Below are positions 1 to 10,944 of a DNA stretch of 31,523 nt, piece by piece. Location: assembly GCA_965246715.1 (NCBI GenBank), contig CBDFFH010000031.1, forward strand, positions 1 to 31,523. The letters run 5' to 3'. How positions within the stretch are numbered: the first letter of the stretch is position 1; each line of letters begins with the position of its first letter. The notes beneath the pieces are model-generated. The model was not told the DNA's origin and made no database searches. It saw nothing but the letters and a program-made list of their open reading frames with translations. The translations under genes were made by a program, and so were the position numbers. The stretch is from Chamaesiphon sp. Lineage in GTDB: Bacteria; Cyanobacteriota; Cyanobacteriia; Cyanobacteriales; Chamaesiphonaceae.

Positions 1-1516
1 AGGTCGTTGGGGTTGAGACGTATTTCGGCGTGGCATTTGCCTGTAAAGCGGTGATTCTGACAACGGGGACGTTTTTGAATGGGACGATTTGGGTCGGAAA
101 AAAATCGATGTCTGCCGGACGCGCGGGGGAATTTGCGGCGACGGGATTGAGCGAAAACTCTCAATCGGCTCGGCTTTGAAAACCGGACGACTGAAAAACT
201 GGTACGCCAGCACGGGTCGATAAGCGATCGGTTGACTATAGTAAGATGGAACCGCAGCCTGGGGATAAGCAGGTGCGCTGGTTTAGTTTTTGACCCGCAG
301 GAGTGGGTAGAACGGGAACAGATTCCCTGTTATTTGACGCGAACGACTCCCGCCCACTCATCAATTAATTCGTGAGAATCTCCATCTATCGCCAGTTTAT
401 GGCGGTTGGGTAGACTCCAAGGGGCCACGTTATTGTCCGAGTATCGAGGATAAAATCGTTCGGTTTGCAGATAAAGAAAGTCACCAGATCTTTATTGAGC
501 CGGAAGGACGGGATATTCCCGAACTCTATATTCAAGGCTTCTCGACTGGTTTACCCGAAAGTCTGCAAGTACAAATGCTGCGGACTTTGCCTGGGATGGA
601 AGAATGCGTGATGCTGCGTCCGGCTTATGCGGTGGATTACGATTATATTCCTGCAACTCAATGTTACCCAACCTTGATGACCAAAAAAAATCGAGGGTTT
701 ATTCTGTGCGGGACAGGTAAATGGCACAACAGGATATGAAGAAGCGGCGGGACAAGGTTTTTTGTGGCGGGGGTAAATGCAGCGCGATTTGTCAACGATC
801 GAGAGATGATAATCTTCCCGCGCGAACAAAGTTATTTGGGGACATTAATCGATGATTTGTGTACGAAGGATTTACGCGAACCCTATCGGATGTTGACCAG
901 TCGATCGGAATATCGGCTACTATTTACGATCGGATAATGCCGATCGACGATTGACTCCATTAGGTCGAGAAATTGGTCTGATCGACGATCGCCGATGGGA
1001 GCTATTTACCACCAAACAAGCAAATATTGTCGCGGAAAAAAGAACGGTTAGCAAAAAACTAGAGTGAAAGAATTAGACCCGATCGGTCAAGGTATTACTA
1101 ATGCCACTGGCGAGATTATTAAAGGTTCGGTTACACTTGCCGATCTGTTGCGCCGTCCGGGGATTCATTATCAGACTTTAACTGAGTTTGAATTGGGTAA
1201 CGACAATCTGAATATTGGTGAAACTGAAGGTGCTGAAATTGAGATTAAATACGCTGGTTATTTTGAATCGACAACAACATCAAATCGATCGAGTTAGTAA
1301 ACAGTCGAATCGGAAATTACCGAGTAATATTAAATTATCACTCGATCGAAAACTCTCTCTAAAGAATCACGAGAAAAAGTTAGCTAAAGTTCAACCTGCC
1401 ACGATCGGTCCAAGCTACCCGAATCGGTGGGGTAAAATCCGGCAGATATTAATGCGCTATTGATTTGGTTAGAAGTAAAAAATCGAAGACTAGCGATCGA
1501 AACTGTTGCTAAATGA
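1..1516 (+). CDS. mnmG: tRNA uridine-5-carboxymethylaminomethyl(34) synthesis enzyme MnmG/GidA, 5' end outside the window, several frameshifts
   Basis: Segments read across frames give [81 protein letters not shown] and EIEIKYAGY. Ends [27 protein letters not shown] (1514-1516). Frameshifts fall mostly at homopolymers. Confidence 0.95.
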
Positions 1517-2406
1517 TTGTGACGAATAAATTATCTCGTTCGATCGTTACTATTATTGTTATTGCAATCTGCATTGTCTCGATCTCATTTGAGAGCATAC
1601 AGCCAGCTTTAATGATGCCAAAATTTGGCAAACAAAAATCTTCGATCGCTGATAATATCGATCGGAAAATTGATTTTGGGCGGCATTTTAAAGAATTGGG
1701 AATTAACGGCTCGATCGTGATTGATGATTTAAATCGCGATCGAGTATATCAATACAACTCACAACGTAATAACACCGCTTTTTTACCTGCATCAACATTC
1801 AAAATTCTCAACTCTTTAATTTCGCTAGAAACTGGTGTTATGCCTAACGAACTTGCCCTACTGGACTTGGGATGGCATCCCCAGAGCTTTACCAGAATGG
1901 AATCGCGATCTGAATATGCGAGAGGGCAATTAAAAATATCAGCAGTTTTGGTTCTATCAAGTACTCGCCCGTCGCGTCGGACACGATCGAATGCAACAAT
2001 GGATCGATCGAGTAAAATATGGCAATCACCAAATTGGGGACTAAGGAAAATATTGATAAATTCTGGCTCGAAGGAGACTTACGCATTACACCTAACGAGC
2101 AAATTAAATTTCTCAATCGGCTCTACAAAAATGATTTACCTTTTTCTCCAAAATCGATCGCGACAGTTAAAGATATCATGATTGTCGAAACAAAACTTCA
2201 GACTATATCCTGCGTGGCAAAACTGGCTGGGTAGGTTTCCAAACTCAGAAAAATATTCCTCAAGTTGGCTGGTTTGTAGGTTATTTAGAACAGAATAAAA
2301 ATGTTTATTTCTTTGCCACAAACATTGATATTCGGGATAAAAAAGATGTCAAGACACGGATAGATTTTAAACCGATCGATGTCTCAAGGATTTATCACTA
2401 TTATAG
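1513..2406 (+). CDS. Class D (OXA-like) beta-lactamase family protein with signal peptide, frameshifted
   Basis: PASTFKI (SxxK), SAVW (SxV, across an indel), YGN, FWLEGDLRITP, GKTGW and GWFVGYLE read across frames. Stop TAG at 2404-2406. ATGA overlap with the mnmG stop. Confidence 0.85.
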
Positions 2407-2420
2407 TGTTCTCGATCGAT

Positions 2421-2826
2421 CTAAACAACAACAGCGGTATCGACGTAGCCAAATCCAGTCGGAATATAAGATTTAATCTCAGCAATCTGATTGCGATCGT
2501 CCCACCATGACTACCTGAGGATGATGGTGCTGAGCTTCAGCGTTGGTAAATTGAGCATACGTCATCACGATCAATTTATCACCCTTCACGCCCAATCTCG
2601 CGGCTGCGCCATTTAATTCGATCGAGCCAGAGCCACTTACAGCAGCAATCGCATAAGTAATAAACCGTTCCCCATTATTGACATTAACTACCTGTACCTG
2701 CTCGTAAGGAACGATACCCGCCGCAATTAGTAAGCGCTCGTCGATACTGATGCTACCCATATAGTGCAAGTTAGTATCAGTAATCGTGCAACTATGAATT
2801 TTTGCTGCCAATAAGGTGCGAAGCAT
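2421..2826 (-). CDS. panD: Aspartate 1-decarboxylase (one frameshift near the C-terminus)
   Basis: [19 protein letters not shown] (Gly-Ser self-cleavage site), [18 protein letters not shown]. Removing one extra G near 2505 gives VMVDDRNQI...VVV-stop at 2421. Confidence 0.93.
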
Positions 2827-2943
2827 AGGCGAGAGGGGGTAGAGATTAGAGATGAGGAGATTTTTGATGGCAATAGGTTTAAAGTGAATAGGCTAAATAA
2901 TTTAATTTACCTATTCCCTTGCCCCTATTCCCTTACATCTATT

Positions 2944-3458
2944 TTACTTCTTTGCCGCGGCGACGCATTCTTGAACTAAAGGCATCACTGCATCAAACGT
3001 CTTTCCAGCCCAGGATTTCGGTGACTTTGTTTTCGAGATTCTTATAGGTTTTAAAGAATTCGGATATTTCTGCCAAACGATGTTGGGGAATATCTTTGAG
3101 TGACTTGACATGGGCATAGCGGGGATCTTTGTCGGGGACGCAAAGAATTTTTTCGTCCCCGATCTCCACCATCGATCATTTCTAGCATCCCAATCGGTCT
3201 GGTGGCAATTACACATCCAGGGAACGTCGGCTGATCCATCATTACCATACCATCGAGCGGATCGCCATCATTACCGAGGGTATTGGGGATAAAACCGTAG
3301 TCATAGGGATATTGGACTGAAGACGATAACACTCGATCGAGTGCCATTGCATTAAGATCCTTATCAAATTCGTATTTATTCTTGCTTCCCGCCGGAATTT
3401 CGATTAAAACATTGAGAATCCCAAATTTGGGTTGAGCGGGGATGAGGGCTAGATCCAA
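2944..3458 (-). CDS. ppa: Soluble inorganic pyrophosphatase (family I), frameshifted
   Basis: [42 protein letters not shown]-terminus continues in other frames to ECVAAAKK. Likely TTG start at 3458 with GGAG RBS. Confidence 0.93.
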
Positions 3459-3667
3459 AACAGTATGCTCCAACTAGAAACGATAAGAGGAATAAAATTC
3501 CCCTTGTTGCATTTTACTAGGGATTGGGGATTGGGAATGGGTAAATCTAGTGGTTAACCGATTTGCAATGTTCGGTTTCCTTGTTTCTAGTTGGTGTAAT
3601 CTGCAAACAGCAGGACAATGGTGCCGGGAGATCTTAATGATGTTGGCACCCAAATAGTTTAGTTATC

Positions 3668-3853
3668 TCATTCTGTCATGGCGATCGGTGGCAAATTGGG
3701 TAAAGCTCGAACGCTGCTGGCTGGTGAGTAGTGAACGATTGCTGCGACAGGTAATATCAGTGTAAAGATCGCGATCGCACTGCCGCAGAATTCTCCCCAC
3801 CTATGTGGCGGAGGTTCGGTTTTAGACTTGCCAGACGGGACACTTGATTCCAT
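3668..3853 (-). CDS. Small single-TM hypothetical protein
   Basis: 61-aa ORF with one hydrophobic helix (GSAIAIFTLILPVAAIVHYS). Confidence 0.5.
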   Translation of the reverse strand: MESSVPSGKSKTEPPPHRWGEFCGSAIAIFTLILPVAAIVHYSPASSVRALPNLPPIAMTE

Positions 3854-4227
3854 TTGATGAATGTATTTAACTCAATATTGGTGCAAACTGTTATAGATTA
3901 TTAAACAGTCTAAATTGCTCCACTGTTTTTATTGTACCCAACAATTGAGATATGTTTGTTACATAGCTCACAATTATTTGCATTTCAAGGTCGAACTCCG
4001 CCGTATGCGCACGGGAATCGATCGGCGATCGCCCCTAGACAAATAGTAGTCTAGCACTACGATCCCCACCCTCAAGACTTACTGTTCGATCGACAAGTGA
4101 TGAGACTGAGTGTTTGTCACATTCTGGTTGCAATTCCAGAATTTAGCGGCTCTCCTGTATTTATGTTGATAAGTAAAGCTAATTTGAATCAGCAAGGCTG
4201 ATTATGCCAACAACTAGTGGCGATCGA

Positions 4228-4293
4228 TTTTTCTTTGAGCCATCTTCTCAAACCCGCTTGAAAACTGCGATCGCTTCTTAACTTGTCACGAAT
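4228..4293 (+). mobile_element. Right-end remnant of the IS4 family found at 21318-22848
   Basis: TTTGAGCCATCTTCTCAAACCCGCTTGAAAACTGCGATCGCTTCTTAACTTGTCACGAAT aligns with TTTGAGCCATCCGCTCAAACCTGCTTGACAACTGCGCTTGCGCCTTAACTTGTCACGAAT at ~22788-22847, including the TIR. Confidence 0.85.
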
Positions 4294-6200
4294 ACTTAAA
4301 TATAATTATTTCAGCACTAATAACGGCGATCGAGGTAATCACAATCGGTACTCCATTTCCCGTCATCAGCAGTACCCCACCTAAGATAATTTGACTGCCA
4401 ACTACAGCTATAGATGTGGGTAAAAACAATTTCGCTTTAGTCTGCCATACTGCTAATATTGAAAGATTACACCACCCAAAAATCCAGACAAATTCTTCAG
4501 GCTGAGATCGAATTCTCATGAGATTGAGGCTTGAATTAAGCGCAGTGCGATTCTTCGGTTAAAGGTGATGAATTAACGGCAGCTAGAGGTCGATCGATTA
4601 AGGTGTCGCGTTCGCCTGCAAGAATTATTTTATTGTTAAATATATCTTTAAACTGTGCTGGAGTTAATTCTGATATACTCTCAGTTGTCACAGAATTTAA
4701 CCGATCGAATATCCGATGATTTAACTTCCACTGATAGTCGGTTGAAGTCTGTCGTAAATATTGTTTGAGATTGCTATCTATTAAAAATGCTTGCGGATTG
4801 GCATGGCGATCGATTTTATCAATCGCAGCCGTTAATATCTGCGGATTGTTTAATTTTCCCAATACTCTCAGGGGTGGTTTAAGTAAGATGATATTTTCGT
4901 TATTAGCTGGTTGAAATTGCAATAATAGCTCGAGCGTGAGATTTTCTACTCGATCGATTGGCTCGATTGATTTTAAACCCATACTCAATCCAGTTAATAC
5001 TAAGCTCAAACCTAAACTAGTCCACAATTTATATCTAGGAGCCGAAATAGTTCGACAGATGTTGGTAAAATAATTTGGTGTTGGCGCAGACTTTGTCGCT
5101 TCAATAAAATCTTGCCAAGTTACGGGATGGCTGAGTGAATTGTGAAATAAAACTGGGAGCCAGTTGGCAAATTTCAACCAAGACTCGGTAGAGATCGATA
5201 TGCGATCGCGCGCTAGCTGAAAAGCTCTGACAAAATCCGTACCATTGCTATATTCAGCTAGTAACTTTTCCAGGAAATCTTGGGCGATTCGATTGGGAAT
5301 TTCTGCCCGCATCACGATTAAATAAGTAATGTTCGCATCTCTTAATCGATCGGCGATACCTAACCCACTACAACAGTTGAAAATAGCGATTTGCAACCCA
5401 CAGATGACGGCTTTTTTAATTTCTCGTTTGAGTGTGCTAATTTCTATAGTTATTTGCGGATTGAGATAAATAACTCCCTCTAGTTCGCTTTCATATTCTA
5501 CACTTTCTCCATGTCCGCTCAGATAGAGGATATCAGGAGCATCTAGATTTAATCGATCGACGATATCTTGAGCGGAGGTAGTTTCAAATGATTTGAGATT
5601 GACATCTGGCAGCGATTTTAAGCACTGGAAATCGCGATCGAGGTTTAAGAGTGGATCTGTACCGAATAGGGCGAGGATATCTACCTTAGCGTTGGGCGAA
5701 ACAAGCTGATTACTAACATCCGTATTCTCAGGGTTACTAAATACTTCTACTGCTAATGGATAGTCGGTAAAAAAATCCCATAAGTACCAAGGTAATTGCC
5801 AGATCGATCGCTGTGAAGCTTGAATGACAACTGTAATTTCTGCTGTTGCACTAAGTTTGGTTCGTAACGATCTTTCGACGCGAGAAAATTCACTTGCTGT
5901 CAGCCATTTATTTAGTTCTATTTTGAGTCGATCGTGCAAGTTTCGCAAATCTTGAATCGAAACATTAGTAATCGCTCGATCTGCAAATTTCACCCCGCGA
6001 TGCAGTTCGTCTCTATTCAGGCGAACGATCTCTTTATACAATAACTCCCACTGATTTAATGACGATTTCAAATCTGGTGCAGCCAATAGGCTACATTTAT
6101 CTTCCCAGAGCGTGCGCTCGTTTTCTTTGAGTTCGATATTAACAGAGCTAAAGCCAGCAGCTAGATCGCCATTACCTAATTTAATGATGATTTTTTTCAT
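4286..6200 (-). CDS. CHAT (caspase/HetF-like) protease with TM helix, reduced CHASE2-like region and three C-terminal TM helices; frameshift near 4545
   Basis: QLPWYLW, catalytic His in ILYLSGHG and Cys in AIFNCCSG, AFQLARDRI, WLPVLF. TM segment LWTSLGLSLVLTGLS. ORF 4286-4519 supplies hydrophobic helices like those that follow CHASE2. ATG 6200 with GGAG RBS. Confidence 0.8.
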
Positions 6201-6217
6201 GGTAATACTTGCTCCGC

Positions 6218-7387
6218 TCAAACTACAAAGCGTTCGATCGTCAGGCAGCTATTTAGTTGTAGTTGGATGCTAAATTCAGTTCCAATCGAGCATGTAAAAG
6301 GTGGTAGCTGAATATAATCATCATTAGTTCTAGCTACTACCGTGCGTAAAGCAGATCCATTTTCATCTAGATAACTCAATTGCAATTGAGGCGGGATAAT
6401 TCGCTCGCCGTTACCTGGATGGATCTGGATTAATACTTTTACTTCCCCATCGGATTGAACGACTATCCCGACTAATAATACTACACTGCGCCGTTGTAGC
6501 TCTAGTTGGAGATTAATTAGTTTCGATCGATCTACCGTATGATTACTCCTAGCGATTGCTGGTTGGTAATAATTTCCCCAACCACTGGCAATGGCATTAC
6601 TACACTCAGATTGCAGCCAGTCGGATAAGCTAAAACTAGATGCGGGTGTCCGCGCTAGGACTGCTTGTTGGCGACGGGTTTGATATAGTTGGGTACGCAG
6701 ATTGAGATTATTAATGATGCTTCCCCATTGAGAAAATTCAACTTTAGTACGTGGTGAATAAGGCGAAGGCGTACTTAAATGTTGGATTAATTCGAGGGCG
6801 CGATCTAAATTTAGATCGGGTAGTTCGGGAGTAGCGACAACTTCATTGAGATTTAACTCTTGCGCCATCCACAATATATCGAGATCGACAACCAGTCGCT
6901 CGCTCGGTAAACTATAAGTGCGATCGCTAGCAGTATATTTACCTTGTTGTTTGAGCGTGCGGTGAGAAGTAAATCCCCAAACATTCATTATTTTAGTATC
7001 GAGATCGATTTGGACGGCGAGATAATAATCGCCATGTAAATTTGGTAAATCTACCCATTCTTGCGGTACGCGAATTTCATCACGATCGAGTGCATCGGTA
7101 GGGATTAAAATTAATCTAGTTTTACCAACTTCAATCGCACAGCCATTCACCACATCCCAGAGTGGATACATCTCTACTTCTGGAAATATAGGAGTATAAT
7201 CTATCTCCGCTGCTGTCAACCACGCTCCAAATTTATGCAGACATAATTGACTCGATCGGGCATAATTTAAACCAGTCCGATTGGAGTAAAGTTGCGGTGA
7301 TGGTTCGGTACTTTGGAGATCGGCTGCGGTGATTTCTAGCCAGATTGTCTCTCGATCGATTTGGGCGATCTGTTCTAAATTCAACAT
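6218..7387 (-). CDS. DUF1822 family protein
   Basis: LWDVVNGCAIEVGKTRLILIP, VPQEWVDLP..GDYYLAVQ, VWGFTSHRTLK and C-terminal QIHPGNGERIIPPQL...DYIQL, typical of cyanobacterial DUF1822. Confidence 0.85.
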   Translation of the reverse strand: MLNLEQIAQIDRETIWLEITAADLQSTEPSPQLYSNRTGLNYARSSQLCLHKFGAWLTAAEIDYTPIFPEVEMYPLWDVVNGCAIEVGKTRLILIPTDALDRDEIRVPQEWVDLPNLHGDYYLAVQIDLDTKIMNVWGFTSHRTLKQQGKYTASDRTYSLPSERLVVDLDILWMAQELNLNEVVATPELPDLNLDRALELIQHLSTPSPYSPRTKVEFSQWGSIINNLNLRTQLYQTRRQQAVLARTPASSFSLSDWLQSECSNAIASGWGNYYQPAIARSNHTVDRSKLINLQLELQRRSVVLLVGIVVQSDGEVKVLIQIHPGNGERIIPPQLQLSYLDENGSALRTVVARTNDDYIQLPPFTCSIGTEFSIQLQLNSCLTIERFVV

Positions 7388-7415
7388 GTTTAAAACTGTA
7401 AATATTAACTACCGT

Positions 7416-7580
7416 TAGTTCGGGTTAAGGACATTTGCTTTGTTCGAGTACCGCCACCGATTAAAATCGGGGCTAGCGTTACAAAGTCCGCCTGCGCGGA
7501 CTAATTAGCTAGTCCGCCTGCGCGGACTTTGCATCACAAGCCGAGACTTCCAGTCTCCAGGCAACTATTATCCCGAACTC
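7416..7580. mobile_element. MITE-like composite element with REP-like palindromic core
   Basis: Imperfect TIRs TAGTTCGGGTTAA (7416-7428) and TTATCCCGAACTC (7568-7580). Core has CCGATTAAAATCGG and two copies of AGTCCGCCTGCGCGGACT (7485-7502, 7511-7528). The right TIR supplies the stop codon of the sigma-like gene. Confidence 0.7.
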
Positions 7581-8950
7581 AGGCAACTAGATATTGCTAC
7601 TTGACTGACTTGAGGAGATCTCAACCTGACAAAGGCAGTCGCTTTAGTCAATCCCATCTGTGCGGGTTTAAAATTAAATTGCCATTGTCTTTCGATCCGC
7701 CCGATAAATAAATCGACAATGCTCGATGCGTTCAGCTTTGCTGTACCGGAGGTAATCGAGTTAGGATCGGCAACAATTAGCTCGAAGATTGCTAATAATA
7801 ATTCAGCATATAGATCTTCATAAATTAGTTTGAGTCGATCGAGAATTGTATCGAGAAGTTCGATCGAAAGATCTTGCGTTTGAAATATTTTGGCGTGTAA
7901 ATCTTTGGCTAGTTGTTTCAAACAGCGATCGTGGCGATTTTTGGCAGTCGTTTGGTGGCAATTTAGTTCTACACCTACCTCTGCTTGGGTAAGTTCTAAA
8001 CCATAAAAAAACATCAACACTCGATCGCTATCGATCGCAAGTTTGTCCGATAATTCGATAACATCCTGTTTGAGAATGTGGGATTCTAATTGTTGAGTGC
8101 GATCGATACCGTCAGGAATAAGATCCATCAGGGCTGTACCCTCAGAATCGTTGTTTCCTACCGATCTGTCGAGAGTATCCGGTTGGGGTTGGAGATAGTT
8201 ACGAATGGCTGTACCCATATATTCTACTAATTGGATGAGGGTGGCGCGATCGTCAATTGCCAGTTCGACTCGCTCGCACTGTTCTATATATCGGGCTGAT
8301 AGATTGTCATAATGCACGGGTTGAGGATTTCTCGTGTCAAATTTGTTTACGGCAATAGTATCGACTAGGCACTGGTGGAGCAATAATAGTTGCTGCAACC
8401 GCAGATCTCGCTCGCCTTGCTGAATGAGGGCTGTTTCGATCCGGCGGGGGCTGGTGCGGGCGAGTAGCCCCAGATTAGTGCGTTTAAATCCACTCAGCTC
8501 TGGTAAACTGCGAATCCGATCGATTAACAGTCGATCGAATCGATAGTTACTATATCGAACTAGGCTCCCATACCAATTAGCCGGATCTGGCTGAAAATTT
8601 GCTAAAAAGTGGGCTGGTTGACTGATAATATCTAGCGCAATTTGATAAATATCTTCCAGCTCGATCTCTGTTGAATGATATTGGAGTGGATTAAAAATTT
8701 GGGATCTAATCCTGGCTCTACCGGATGCCGAAAATAAAATATGTGCCAGTAAAGCAGTGATACAATTGCAGGCTAATTTATCGATCGGGGTAGAGCATAT
8801 TCTGTCAACTAATACATCGGCTATTTGTGCTAGAGATCGATCTTCCAACCCGCTCAGATATCTCGCCAGCCGAGGATCTCGATGCCAAGTTAAATAGTCT
8901 TGAGACTCACCGATGCTGGGAAATTCACAGAAGGTTTTGATACTGTCCAT
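7568..8950 (-). CDS. Sigma-70-like (region 4 HTH) protein of the cyanobacterial DUF1822-associated type
   Basis: TLDRSVG...TALMDLIPD segment and HTH VLMFFYGLELTQAEVGVELNCHQTTAKNRHDRCLKQL; directly upstream of DUF1822. Confidence 0.7.
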   Translation of the reverse strand: MDSIKTFCEFPSIGESQDYLTWHRDPRLARYLSGLEDRSLAQIADVLVDRICSTPIDKLACNCITALLAHILFSASGRARIRSQIFNPLQYHSTEIELEDIYQIALDIISQPAHFLANFQPDPANWYGSLVRYSNYRFDRLLIDRIRSLPELSGFKRTNLGLLARTSPRRIETALIQQGERDLRLQQLLLLHQCLVDTIAVNKFDTRNPQPVHYDNLSARYIEQCERVELAIDDRATLIQLVEYMGTAIRNYLQPQPDTLDRSVGNNDSEGTALMDLIPDGIDRTQQLESHILKQDVIELSDKLAIDSDRVLMFFYGLELTQAEVGVELNCHQTTAKNRHDRCLKQLAKDLHAKIFQTQDLSIELLDTILDRLKLIYEDLYAELLLAIFELIVADPNSITSGTAKLNASSIVDLFIGRIERQWQFNFKPAQMGLTKATAFVRLRSPQVSQVAISSCLSSG

Positions 8951-9134
8951 ACATCCGATCGATCTTACTCGAATTACTTGCTCTTATAATACATCGATCG
9001 TTCGGGGGATGCGATCGATCTAGTCAGATCGGTTCTTTCGTACTTATGGCGTTAGCACAAGCTAAATCTTTTAATCTCATCGAAAGGGATAAAGAGTCGC
9101 TAACTGTTGAGGTGATAACTAGCAACTTGGTTGA

Positions 9135-9422
9135 TTAAGATTGAGGGGCAACTAACACCCTAACTTCCATTCCGGCTTTTGTTAACATTTGAATTAGCTT
9201 ATCGATCGATTTGCGATCGATATCTCCATTCATTAAGTTACTAATCCGAGGTTGGGTTTCGTCAAAGAATGCGGCGGCTTCTGCCTGAGTCCAGTTTTTA
9301 GCTCTAATAAATCTCTGTAAGTCTAGAATTAGATCGGCTCTGATTTTTAGATTTGCTGCTTCTTCATCACCAAAACCCAGATCTTTAAAAACATTGTTAC
9401 TACCTTTGGCGATCTTACTCAT
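9135..9422 (-). CDS. XRE-family HTH antitoxin (HigA-like)
   Basis: GSNNVFKDLGF..EAANLKIRADL; HTH WTQAEAAAFFDETQPRISNLMNG. Confidence 0.85.
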   Translation of the reverse strand: MSKIAKGSNNVFKDLGFGDEEAANLKIRADLILDLQRFIRAKNWTQAEAAAFFDETQPRISNLMNGDIDRKSIDKLIQMLTKAGMEVRVLVAPQS

Positions 9423-9713
9423 TCAATCTTTCTCCCACCAGATTTATCCCCAGCCACTAATAAAATTGGGCGTTGCTGAATTGGGGTATGATTCGCCCTC
9501 ACCCCGCCAGATCCTGCGGCTCTGGCGGGGTGAGGGCAAAATCTATACTTCATACCTGAATTCAGCCACTAATAAAATTGCTTTCCGTTTGGGATCGAAA
9601 GCAAACGCCACGCGCCAAACACCATCATCTGCATTAAACCTAATTTCCTTCATGTTACTGTAACGAGAACCATTTAAGGTATCTACATGAGGACGGCGTA
9701 AATTCGGCCCAGA
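9419..9713 (-). pseudogene. RelE/ParE-type toxin fragment, 5'-truncated and interrupted by a mini-element
   Basis: GPNLRRPHVDTLNGSRYSNMKEIRFNADDGVWRVAFAFDPKRKAILLVA/GDKSGG is paralogous to the toxin at 13391-13762. Its stop overlaps the HTH ATG. Confidence 0.85.
9469..9566. mobile_element. MITE-like element with internal 17-bp hairpin
   Basis: Ends GGCGTTGCTGAATTGGGGTATGA and TCATACCTGAATTCAGC. Perfect stem GCCCTCACCCCGCCAGA (9495-9511) / TCTGGCGGGGTGAGGGC (9521-9537). 18-bp direct repeat CAGCCACTAATAAAATTG at 9451-9468 and 9563-9580. Confidence 0.85.
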
Positions 9714-9936
9714 AATTGTGATTAGCTCCGACTATATCGGTAAACTGCCGCTTAAATTAGTGGTGCCAATTACTGACTGGAAAGACTCTTTTGAATTAGA
9801 TCGATTGTCACACCAGAATCGATCTAATTCGATCGAGGTAATTGGAGAAATAAGATCGATCGGTTCATCCCAGCAATGGCAGCGATCGAGTTGATGATAA
9901 AATTAGCTAATTAGTTAGCACGCTCGCCCTCACCTA

Positions 9937-10842
9937 ATGAGTCAATTTCCTCACGATGATTTTGCGAAAAACTTTTTAGATTCGTTATTATCACCCTATG
10001 GCTCAGTGCAATCATCTTATAAGATTTCTAGTGAGGTGCGATATGTCGATATTTATTTTCAACCACAAATCGATAATTCCCCTCTGGAGTCTTTAGGACT
10101 ATTGGCTCAGTTTGTGCGCGAATCGATCGTTATCGAACCGTTTCGGAATTCAGTAACGGTAATGCAAATTAATAGTTGTATGTCAAAGCTATTCGATCTG
10201 CATTTGACTTTAGTAAAGGAAGCCAAGAAACAAAAGCAACCAGAACCAGACAACGATAAGTTACCCAAACTGTGGATTTTAACGCCGACTTTATCCGATC
10301 GATTACTAGAGAGCGTAGGTGCAAAGCTAGATGTGGAGCGAGGTGGTGAAGGTATCTACGTGATGCCGTCAGGATTGAAGACGGGGATTATCGTTATTCA
10401 TCAGTTGCCACAGACACCAGAAACATTATGGTTTAGACTGTTAGGTAAGGGGAGGGTGCAGGAACGAGCGATCGCGGAAGTAGCGGCGTTGCCTACAGCT
10501 CATCCCTTGCGAGGTAATGTGCTGGAGCTGTTGGGAAATTTAAGAGTAACATTAGAAGCCAAGGTTAAGATCGAACCGGAGGAGCGGGAGTTGATTATGC
10601 AGTTATCACCTTTATATTTGGAAAAGATTCAGGCTGCGGAGCGGGTTGGTGAAGCTAGAGGCGAAGCTAAAGGCGAAGCTAGAATGCTAATACGGCAACT
10701 GAATCGTCGATTTGGTGATGCATCAGATCGATTTGCAGATCGCATTCAACAGTTAGATATCGCTCGGTTGGAAGAGTTGGGTGAGGCGTTGTTGGACTTT
10801 ACCAGCTTGGCAGATTTGGAGGTTTGGTTTAGTCAAAATTAG
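9937..10842 (+). CDS. DUF4351 domain protein with Rpn-like (putative PD-(D/E)XK) N-terminus, copy 1
   Basis: PHDDFAK, EVRYVDIYF, IEPFRN, GEARGEAKGE linker and DUF4351 tail LIRQLNRRFG...LEELGEALLDFTSLADLEVWF. Confidence 0.8.
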   Translation: MSQFPHDDFAKNFLDSLLSPYGSVQSSYKISSEVRYVDIYFQPQIDNSPLESLGLLAQFVRESIVIEPFRNSVTVMQINSCMSKLFDLHLTLVKEAKKQKQPEPDNDKLPKLWILTPTLSDRLLESVGAKLDVERGGEGIYVMPSGLKTGIIVIHQLPQTPETLWFRLLGKGRVQERAIAEVAALPTAHPLRGNVLELLGNLRVTLEAKVKIEPEERELIMQLSPLYLEKIQAAERVGEARGEAKGEARMLIRQLNRRFGDASDRFADRIQQLDIARLEELGEALLDFTSLADLEVWFSQN

Positions 10843-10944
10843 CGTTATCGTAGCGTGCCAGCGGCGATCGAACCCAACCCTCGATCGCACGCATCCCATC
10901 ATCGAATCGATCGGCGCATATCCTCTGAGTATCGATTTATATCC

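Noticed and set aside
1..3473. mnmG, beta-lactamase, panD and ppa as true pseudogenes or programmed frameshifts
   Set aside because: Motifs are intact and indels cluster at homopolymers in core genes; sequencing error is more likely.
2905..3545. Short heptamer runs (CCTATTC at ~2910-2932, GGGATTG at ~3520-3540)
   Set aside because: Ordinary cyanobacterial STRR-type intergenic repeats with only 3-4 units.
9394..9663. Plus-strand 89-aa ORF and other short antisense ORFs (e.g. 551-829, 7529-7711, 12452-12634, 23198-23428)
   Set aside because: They are shadows of real genes or read through mini-elements, with no motifs.
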